A DNA stretch of 64,000 bases from the human T2T-CHM13v2.0 reference genome, Homo sapiens: the NCBI RefSeq assembly GCF_009914755.1, contig NC_060946.1; one strand, given 5' to 3'. The position numbers and the translations under genes are program-made. The notes below the pieces were generated by a model. That model did no database searches and had not been told where the DNA came from. It worked only from the letters and a program-made list of their open reading frames with translations. Positions 32,601-49,939 of the stretch are shown here, piece by piece. The stretch's first letter is position 1, and each line of letters starts with the position of its first letter.

Positions 32601-33681
32601 AGCTGAGAGTCACCATTTCTGGTGACTATCATTTTGCTGCACTGTAAATAAGAGGAATAATATATAACCACCACAATTGCTACCAAACTTTTACTCCAAC
32701 CCATGACTCCCAGGATGGTTTGAAAATAGGAGAAAAAGAGGCTAAGCATCATTTTATGAGATCTTAATGAGCTTTTATGCTTTGGGTATCCAGAAACTCA
32801 AAGAATTAAAAAAAAAAAAAAAAAAAAAAACCTTCGTTTTTTGTTTTTTGTTTTTTTTTTAAACTTACTTGGACCTTGATTTTTCTCATACGTAAAATCA
32901 ATTAGTATTCTCAACCTCATAGGTTTTGAGAAGAATTAAATATGAAAATGAATATAAACATGTGACACTGAGTAGGTTTCAATAATCACTTGTTGAATGA
33001 AAAACCATAAGCTCTATGGGGGTAGGAGATATTAATATGTCGATTTTATTCATTAAAAGATAGCACAGTATCTACCACATAACTAATGTTCGACAAATAT
33101 TTGTTGATCAAAAGAATGAATGAACAGGTGAACAAATGAACTAACACTAGTCTTGTTTCCCTTTTCTTTCCAAATAAGTTACTTTCTAGATATAAAATGT
33201 TTTTCTGACTAAAAAGAGACAGTTGTTTTTAAACTGATTGTTTTCCATAGATGAATTATTAGGTATCTGACCTCAGGCCTTGGTGGGAAGCACCTTCTAC
33301 CTCTCGTATTTGACCCAATACTAGAGGCGATCAGGCCTGAAACTGATGTGTGTGGGAAGTGGCTCCTGAAATGTACTCACCTTTGTATCTATGGCAGGTG
33401 TATACTAAGTCACCTTCATCAGAGAGAGAGAGAGAGAGGAGAAACTGAGTCATGATTCTCATTGTCTCCCTACTGACTTTCCTAATTGCAGTTCATCCTA
33501 AAGTGAGATGAGAGATAATTCTGCCTGGTTTCCCAGTAAATAAGATTCATGGTTTTCAGTGTGAGAGGACTTTAACTGAGCCTTCAGTCTAGTAACCTAC
33601 TCTGCAGCACATCTGAGGTTTGACTCCAAACTGCCTAAATTAGAATGAGAAAGAAGGCCACCAAAAAACCAGAGGCTATAG

Positions 33682-34060
<379 letters not shown>

Positions 34061-35504
34061 AAGATGGCCATTTTCTAAGCCAAAATTTATATTAACATTA
34101 TTTTCACAAGGAGGACAGACATAGAAAATAGCTAGGCTACACTTTATTGTTCCTAAGAAATCTAAAGACTTTAAATCATTTTAAATTATTTTATTATAAA
34201 ACAAATAAAAGGTGAATAATAAATATTAGTACATGCTGACCACCAAAGAACAAAGACTTCCTGTCATCTCTATCTTCTTTCTTTTTCTCCTTCTCTACAA
34301 GTTCTACCCACTTCACCTTTACCTGTGCACAGGAAGCTTCTATTGTCCAAAAACCTTCTTAGTGACTCAAATCTCATTTTCCTTGGCTTCTTTGATATAA
34401 ATGTTACATCATCTACATCGTGGAAGTTCTCTTCTCCCTGAGCTCTCCCTGGATTCCCCCGACCCTCTGTGAGCCTGATTCAGTCTCCCTGGCTGGCTTT
34501 TCTATGTATCTCATAGATGTTATTAGGATGATGTTATCTTAACATTTGTTTCCAGTTCTATTTGCTTACATTCCATTAAGTGAAAGAAATACATACCAGG
34601 AGTATACAGAATCAAACAAATCATGTGCTTTCCCTAACTAGTTGCCCCTCTTAGCTTTTCTATTTCTTTCCAAAGGCATGACCATCTTCCAATTATTCCA
34701 ATCACTGTGGCACAACATCGTGATATAAGCTTTAACTCATTCAATCTAACCATACAAATATTTTTGTGTAAGGAGTTACACTCACTGATATGGAAACCAC
34801 AGAGTAGAACATAGTTCATAGTTCCAATGAACTTCAATTCAGCAGAGGTAAGTATACAAGTATACAACTACCTATAATTTATGTTCAAATATAAATAGAA
34901 TAAGAAGAGAATTTTAAAAGTGTTATTAGGGCTCAGACTAAAGAAGTTATATTGTTACTAAGAGAGGCTTCAAGTAATGAATGGTATTTGGGATAATCCT
35001 AAAAAGATGGGTGACAAGACAGGAACACAGGAATTATATGTGGAGGAAAGCTTAAGGAAATGTATTGAAGCAGGAAAACATGGCCAATGTGGTGAGATTA
35101 GTGAAAATGGAACACCTCAGTTTTAGGTAAACGGTATATACAGAGAAGTAGTGGAATTTAAAAATGGAAAATCAGACATGTCTGTAATCACAACAGCCTT
35201 CATTTAGGGTGAGGACTCTACCTATAATGTGGCATACAATATGTGGCAATGAATGACTTGAGTACAGCTTTAGGAAGATCAATCTAGTACTGATGTGTGG
35301 GATGGAAGAGACATGGGAAGAAGGGAATGGAGATAAGGAAAACTCAACTAGTAGGTTGATGCAACAGACTGGGCAGCTAGGATGGTGCAATAATAAAAAA
35401 ATAATCTTCATGAGAAAATGTATTTGGCAACTGTTAGGTTGGGAGTCAACTGAAAAACAAGAAAATAAATCAAATGATGACTTCAGAGTTCTAAGTCAGG
35501 ATGG

Positions 35505-35956
35505 TATGGCAGGCTGAATAATGACATCCCCTGCAATGTGTCTATGTCCTAATCTCCAGAACCTGTGAATGTTACCTTACATGGCAAAAGGGACTTTGCA
35601 AATTAAGAATCTTGAGAAAGGGAAATTATCCTAGACCATCCAGGTGGGCCTGATGTAATCACAACAGTCTTTATTGGAGAAACGCAAGTCAGGGTCAGAA
35701 GAGAAGGTGATGTGATGACAAAAGCAGAGACTGGAGTGATGTATCCTGAAGGAGGAAGATGGCAGCTGACAGGGGCAAAGAAATATATTCTCCTCTGGAC
35801 TCTGAAAAAGGAACTAGCACTGTCAATATCTTGACTTTAGCCCAGCGAAGCTGATTTTAGACTCCTGACCTCCAGAGCTGTAAGAGAATAAATTTGTGTT
35901 GTTTTAAACCACTAAGTTTATGGTAATTGGTTATACAGGAATAAGAAACTAAGGCA
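35505..35956 (+). mobile_element. MLT1D-like LTR
   Basis: gaacctgtgaatgttaccttacatggcaaaagggactttgca..cctccagagctgtaagagaataaatttgtgttgttttaa. Confidence 0.85.
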
Positions 35957-36192
35957 GATGGCAAGAGGAGTGGGGCTGTCAAGGGAATTAAGAAAGCTAG
36001 GAGTTAACCTAGAAAAAAGGATGTTCCACGTGTGGGCTCACTAACTTCAACAGATCAACATCAAAACGAGACGGAATATCTACTAGGCAGTTGGAAATGT
36101 GAAAGTGATGCTCAGGCAGGAAAGAAGTCAGAGCTGGTGAATATAGAGTTGGAAACACTGTGTACTGGAGCAGTTGTCAAAGGTTGGGGGTA

Positions 36193-39772
<3,580 letters not shown>

Positions 39773-40479
39773 AAAGGTTGGGGGTAAAAATGACAAAAGG
39801 ACATATACAAAGAAATAACAGAAAAGAATCAAGGAACAAAATATGACAATTCCCACATTTAACAAGTGGCAATACAATGGAAAGGAGCCATTAAAATAAT
39901 GTAGGATATCTGAATAATGAGATACAGGGAAGCCTAGGAGAGGAGGCAGAGTAAAAAAGGCAGCTTCAGAAAAGTATGTATGTTACAATCCAAGATTTGA
40001 AAAGGGAACACAATTTATACACACATGTATATATATACATATATGATTACACTGACATGTGTTTATGTATATAGTAAAAAGGTCTGGAAAGATTATAACC
40101 AAATTATTAACAGTAGTTGACACTGAGGAGTGGGACAAGGGAAGATATTAATGTGAGGGGGTGAGCCTCCTTTTTCTATTTTATACATTTTTATATGTTA
40201 AGAATTTTTTACAAAACTAAGTGCCACTTTTGTAACTTTTAAAAATTGTTTGTTTTTTGAAGGGAGCATCAAAAGCCAATGCAGAAGATACAGAAGGAGC
40301 AGCCAGGAAGAAAATCAGGACAGTGGTGTTTCACAGAAACCTAGAGAGAAGAGAATTTCACAGAAAAATTAGCAGAGCATGCCAACTACTGATACTGATT
40401 AGGGAAATTTAGAAATGTCAAAAATCTTCTAACTCAGCCATGAAGAGATCACTGCTGATTTTCTGTCAGGGAAAAACCC

Positions 40480-40655
40480 CAAATATTTTTATATTAAACA
40501 CTTCATGAGTCAAAGAGAAATCACAAATCAACTCAGAAGATTTTAAAAACCCAATAAAAGTGAACATAATACATAAAAAATTATGGGATGCAGGTCAAGC
40601 AGTGTTTAGAGAAAATTTTGTATCTGTAAATGCTTGTAATATAAAAAACAAAGAA
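40480..40655 (+). mobile_element. Old L1M ORF2 fragment
   Basis: ttatgggatgcag..aagcagtgtttagagaaaatttt..taaatgctt. Confidence 0.55.
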
Positions 40656-40657
40656 TC

Positions 40658-41060
40658 ACCAAGTGCAGTGGCTCATGCCTGTCATCCCAACACTCTGGAG
40701 GCCAAGGAGGGAGGATCGTTTGAGGCCAGGAGTTCGAGACTAGCCTGAGGAACATAACAAGGCCTCACTGCAACAACAAAACAACAAATGAAAATTAGCT
40801 GGGCATGGTGGCTGATGCCCACCATGGGCAGGTTGCTTGAGCCCAAGAGTTTCAGACCAGCTTGGGCAACATAGTGAGACCATGACTCTACTAAGAAAGA
40901 AAGAAATTAGCTGGTCAGGGTGGCATGCACTGCATCTATGGTTCTAGCTACTCGGGAGGCTGAGGTGGGAGGATCACTTTTGCTCAGGAGTTTGAGGCTG
41001 CAGTGAGCCATGATTGCACCACTATACTCCAGCCAAGGTAATAGATGGAGACCCTGTCTC
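40658..41060 (+). mobile_element. AluJ composite (left arm, deleted left arm, right arm)
   Basis: Two successive left-arm-like segments, each ending in an A-rich linker, followed by a J-type right arm. Confidence 0.75.
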
Positions 41061-41351
41061 AAGAAAGAAAGAAAGAAAAGGAAGAAAAGGAAGGAAAGGA
41101 GAGGAGAGGAGGGGAAAGAGGAAAGGAAAGAGGACAGGACAGGACAGGACAGGACAGGACAGGACAGGAAAGGAAAGGAGGAAGGAAGAGAGGAATGGAG
41201 GAAGGGAGGAAGGGAGGGAGGGAAGGAGGGAAGGAGGGAGGGAGGGGAAGGAAGAAAGTTAAGAAAGGAAGAAAGAGGAAGGAAGGAAGGGAGGAAGGGA
41301 TGAAGGGAAGGAAGGAGGGAGGGAGGGAGGGAGGGAAGGAGGGAGGGAAGG
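41061..41351. repeat. ~290-nt polypurine tract: (GAAA)n, (GACAG)n, (GGAA)n, (GGGA)n
   Basis: Read directly; grew from the Alu tail. Confidence 0.95.
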
Positions 41352-42083
41352 TGGCTAAGTTTTACATTCTGCTGCTACTCATATCTGATAAGCATATCAA
41401 TAAGGTCAACTTCTCTTTGTCCTCTCCCCGTCCTGAATCCCTATAGGCAAAGAACAAACCATGTGGTGCCAGGCACAGGGATAAGTTTAGCTCATACTTC
41501 CAAACACACCTTCCATTCATTATGTACCCACATCTGTTTGAATACAGGGATAAGATAATATCTTCTAAAAAATTGCCAGTTACCAATTACTTGTCTCTTA
41601 CCACTACATATAAATTCCCCCAAATTATGAATGTTTTAATTGTAACCAAGTACTATCAAAACAGTGAATGTAAATCTATCATCTTTAAATAGATCTTTCA
41701 CAAAAATAATTTTGCATTTACATTAAAACTATTAATATTATTTTTTGAATACACATAATTTTGAGGAAAAAATGCATTTCCTGTGGGGTTAATTCACCAA
41801 GTAAAGAAATCCCTGTAAGCAAAAATCCTTTCATGTTCTCATCTACTGATGACTGCTTAGCAGCTTCTCTTTCATTTAAACCAAACATAGCCTATATCAT
41901 CATTTCATGCCTCTTCTCTCTAATTAGATAAATCTGGTTGCTCTTCTCTTTCTATACATTAAAAGGTTGGGATGTTTTGTTTTTCCAGTATCTCAGAATT
42001 CTAATCCTTACAGCACCACGATGACAGGAAGAATTGTGTGATTTAGAGAAGGCAGGATCCAAGGAAATATATCTAAAGAAAGA

Positions 42084-42380
42084 GGCCAGGTACGGTGGCT
42101 TATGCCGTAATTGTAGCACTTTGGAAAGCCGAGGTGGGAGGATCGCTTGAGCCCAGGAGTTCGAGACCAGCCTGGGCAACATAAGAAGACGCCCGTCTCT
42201 ACAAAAAATTTAAAAAATAGCCAGGTGTACTGGCGTGTGCCTGTCGTCCCAGCTACTCGGGAGGCTGAGGTGGGAAGATCACTGCAGTGAGGTGTGGTTG
42301 TGCCACACCATCCTTGGCCTGTGTACTCCATCCTCAGTGACAGATGAAGACCCTGTCTCAAAAAGAAAAGGAAAAGAAAA
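42084..42380 (+). mobile_element. AluJ with rearranged right arm
   Basis: gggaggatcgcttgagcccaggag; tail ends ~130 nt from the exon donor. Confidence 0.9.
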
Positions 42381-42507
42381 GAGCACACACAATAAGGATA
42401 TTCTTTTAAATATAAACACACAGATTCCTATAAAAGATAGTGATCTACTCCAGCTATTTCCAGCTCATGACTTTGACCTGGGCTCTTACAGGCAACCCTG
42501 TTCTTAC

Positions 42508-43015
42508 CTAGATTGGAGGATGCTCGCCCCTCTGCAGCCCGGTCCTTCAGATCCTCAGCAATGCCCAGCTGCTGCTCATGGTATTGTTTAGCTCTCTCCA
42601 AATCCTGCATGCACCTGGCAGCATGGCCTAGTCCAGCATAGGCCCGCATCTCAATAGCCTTCTCCATCAACTCCTGTGCCAGCTCCAGGACATAGTTATG
42701 GTAAGACATGGCCTTGTCAAAGTTCCTCCGGTAGTGATAGGCACTGCCCAGGTTGCTATAAGCCCGGGCCTCTTCTCGCTTGTTCCCCAGGTCCTTGGCT
42801 ATCTTCAGATGCTGCTCATGGCACTGCACAGCATTCTCAAAGTCACCCATGGCAATATACACAGCTCCCATGTTGCCAAGTTCTCGGGCTTCAGAAAGTT
42901 CATCTTTGGATTGCTTGGCAAGAAGAACACACTGTTTGTGACTGGCCAGTGCATTGGGGTAGTCTCCAATGGCTGTGTACACGTGGCCCAGACTGCTCAA
43001 GGCTGATGAAGCTGC
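42508..43015 (-). CDS. TTC28: Internal coding exon (508 nt, phase 0 in, phase 1 out) of tetratricopeptide repeat protein 28, probably exon 6
   Basis: Translates to four 40-aa TPR units (AASSALSSLGHVY.., SEARELGNMGAVY.., EEARAYSNLGSAY.., IEMRAYAGLGHAA..) plus AEGRASSNL. Acceptor ccttttctctccAG|GCA (AG at 43017-43016); donor CTAG|GTAAGA (GT at 42507-42506). Peptide recognised as TTC28; exon number is from memory. Confidence 0.93.
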
Positions 43016-43058
43016 CTGGAGAGAAAAGGATAAAGTGGAGAAATGAAAACACATCAGA
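43016..43058 (-). promoter_or_regulatory. TTC28: 3' splice site: polypyrimidine tract and putative branch point
   Basis: Minus strand reads TTCTGATgtgttttcatttctccactttatccttttctctccAG; yUnAy (CTGAT) puts the branch A at 43054, 39 nt upstream of the exon. Confidence 0.7.
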
Positions 43059-43099
43059 ATGGTTTTGGTATATTTTGGCAGATAAAATTTTACAGGTTG

Positions 43100-44101
43100 C
43101 AAGATGGCCGAATAGGAACAGCTCTAGTCTACAGCTCCCAGCGTGAGTGACGCAGAAGACGGGTGATTTCTGCATTTCCAACTGAGGTACCGGGTTCATC
43201 TCACTGGGGAGTGCCGGACAGTGGGTGCAGCGCACCGTGCATGAGCTGAAGCACGGCGAGGCATTGCCTCACCTGGGAAGCACAAGGGGTCAAGGAATTC
43301 CCTTTCCTAGTCAAAGAAAGGGGTGACAGACGGCACCTGGAAAATCAGGTCACTCCCACCCTAATACTGCACTTTTCCAATGGGCTTAACAAACGGCACA
43401 CCAGGAGATTATATCCCGCACCTGGCTCAGAGGGTCCTATGCCCATGGAGCCTTGCTCATTGCTAGCACAACAGTCTGAGATCAAACTGCAAGGCGGAAG
43501 CGAGGCTGGGGGAGGGGCGCCCATCATTGCCAAGGCTTGAGTAGGTAAACAAAGTGGCCAGGAAGCTCGAACTGGCTGGAGCCCACCACAGTTCAAAGAG
43601 GCCTGCCTGCTTCTGTAGACTCCACCTCTGGGAGCAGGGCACAGACAAATAAAAGACAGCAGTAACCTCTGCAGACTTAAATGTCCCTGTCTGACAGCTT
43701 TGAAGAGAGTAGTGGTTCTCCCAGCACGCAACCTGAGATCTGAGAATGGGCAGACTGCCTCCTCAAGTGGGTCTCTGAACCCCGAGTAGCCTAACTGGGA
43801 GGCACCCTCCAGTAGGGGCGGACTGACACCTCACATGGCAGGGTACTCCTCTGAGACAAAACTTCCAGAGGAACGATCAGGCAGCAGCATTTGCAGTTCA
43901 CCAATATCCACTGTTCTACAGCCACTGCTGCTGATACCCAGGCAAACAGGGTCTGGAGTGGACCTCCAGCAAACTCCAACACACCTGCAGCTGAGGGTCC
44001 TGACTGTTAGAAGGAAAACTAACAAACAGAAAGGACATCCACAACAAAAACCCATCTCCACGTCACCATCATCAAACACCAAAGTAGATAAAACCACAAA
44101 G
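43100..44101. promoter_or_regulatory. L1 5'UTR with sense and antisense promoter regions, YY1 site and retained ~129-bp ZNF93-bound segment (~43847-43977)
   Basis: YY1 motif CAAGATGGCCG at 43100-43110; extra segment between GGGTACTCC and AACACACCTGCAG, which is deleted in L1HS/L1PA2. Confidence 0.75.
43345..43527 (-). CDS. L1 ORF0 homologue (60 aa, prematurely stopped); expression unproven
   Basis: GCA ATG ATG GGC..; MMGAPPPASLPPCSLISDCCASNEQGSMGIGPSEPGAGYNLLVCRLLSPLEKCSIRVGVT*. TGA likely from CpG decay of CGA. Donor-like sites CAG|GTGCGG (43422/43421) and CAG|GTGCCG (43337/43336). Confidence 0.55.
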   Translation of the reverse strand: MMGAPPPASLPPCSLISDCCASNEQGSMGIGPSEPGAGYNLLVCRLLSPLEKCSIRVGVT

Positions 44102-45155
44102 ATGGGGAAAATACAAAGCAGAAAAACCGGAAACTCTAAAAATCAGAGTGCCTCTTCTCCTCCAAAGGAACACAGTTCCTCACCAACAATGGAACAAAGC
44201 TGAATGGAGAACGACTTTGACAAGTTGAGAGAAGAAGGCTTAAAATGATCAATGACGAGTTGAGAGAAGAAGGCTTCAGATGATCAAACTACTCTGAGCT
44301 AAAGGAGGAAGTTCGAACCCATGGCAAAGAAGTTAAAAACCTTGAAAAAAAACTAGACAAATGGCTAACTAGAATAACCAATGCAGAGAAGTCCTTAAAG
44401 GACCTGATGGAGCTGAAAACCATGGCATGAGAACTACGTGATGAATGCACAAGCCTCAGTAGCTGATGCGATCAACTGGAAGAAAGGGTATCAGTGATGG
44501 AAGACGAAATGAATGAAATGAAGTGAGAAGAGAAGTTTAGAGAAAAAAGAATAAAAAGAAATGAACAAAGCCTCCAAGAAATATGGGACTATGTGAAAAG
44601 ACCAAATCTACATCTCATTGGTGTACCTGAAAGTCATGGGGAGAATGGAACCAAGTTGGAAAACACTCTGCAGGGTATTATCCAGGAGAACTTCTCCAAT
44701 CTAGCAAGGCAGGCCAACATTCAAATTCAGGAAATACAGAGAACACCACAAAGATACTCCTCGAGAAGAGCAACGCCAAGACACATAATTGTCAGATTCA
44801 CCAAAGTTGAAATGAAGGAAAAAATGTTAAGAGCAGCCAGAGAGAAAGGTCGGGTTACCCACAAAGGGAAGCCCATCAGACTAACAGCTGATCTCTCGGC
44901 AGAAACTCTACAAGCCAGAAGAGAGTAGGGGCCAATATTCAACATTCTTAAAGAAAAGAATTTTCAACCCAGAATTTCATATCCAGCCAAACTAAGCTTC
45001 ATAAGTGAAGGAGAAATAAAATCCTTTACAGACAAGTAAATGTTGACAGATTTTGTCACCACCAGGCCTGCCCTAAAAGAGCTCCTGAAGGAAGCACTAA
45101 ATATGGAAAGGAACAACTGGTACCAGCCACTGCAAAAACATGCCAAATTGCAAAG
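44102..45155 (+). pseudogene. Disrupted L1 ORF1
   Basis: MGKIQSRKTGNSKNQS.. stops at TGA 44201-44203; 35-bp duplication at 44218-44287; RRM fragment KRPNL..ETLQARRE ends in TAG at 44928. Confidence 0.92.
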
Positions 45156-45216
45156 ACCATCCAGGCTAGGAAGAAACTGCATCAACTAACCAGCAAAATA
45201 ACCAGCTAGCATCATA

Positions 45217-49035
<3,819 letters not shown>

Positions 49036-49621
49036 TCAGAACACATGGACACAGGAAGGGGAACATCACACACCAGGGACTGTTGTGGGTTGTGGGGAGC
49101 GGGGAGGGATAGCATTGGGAGATATACCTAATGCTAAATGACGAGTTAATGGGTGCAGCACACCAACATGGCACATGTATACATATGTAAGGAACCTGCA
49201 CATTGTGCACATGTACCCTAAAACTTAAAGTATAATAATAATAAAATAAAATAAAATAAAATAAAGAACCTGATTAAATTGGGGAATTTTAAAATAAAAA
49301 CAGGAAGCACATCATACTCTTAAAAAAAAAATTTTGCAGGTTGCTTGTAATTATCCAATCCAGTTGCTAATCGTACTTCTATCAGTTTTCCACAGACCTA
49401 CGCAGAATTGATAAAGAACACATCCAAACAGCAAGTTCCTAATAAAAAACAATGGTACTTTAATCAGTAACTTTCTATACCTCATCTCCTAGAAACAAGT
49501 TGTATAACATATGTCATTTTAAGGACTTATTGACATTTCTAACATTAATTATGATATTACATCTCTGTTAATACCTATTAACCTCTGTCATATAGGAAAA
49601 TGTATAAGAAAATGGAAATTA

Positions 49622-49939
<318 letters not shown>

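Noticed and set aside
41010-41446. Lys/Glu/Arg/Gly-rich ORFs in three frames
   Set aside because: Artefact of a stop-free purine tract.
42084-42380. Exonisation of the antisense AluJ next to the donor
   Set aside because: It has a possible 3' splice site, but the usual Alu donor positions read GC rather than GT.
42428-43102. 224-aa ORF as a standalone single-exon gene
   Set aside because: TTG start; the TPR pattern is confined to the segment bounded by canonical splice sites.
43345-43527. In-frame ORF0-TTC28 fusion protein
   Set aside because: Donor 1 lies 106 nt after the ATG (phase 1) while the exon acceptor is phase 0; ORF0 terminates before donor 2.
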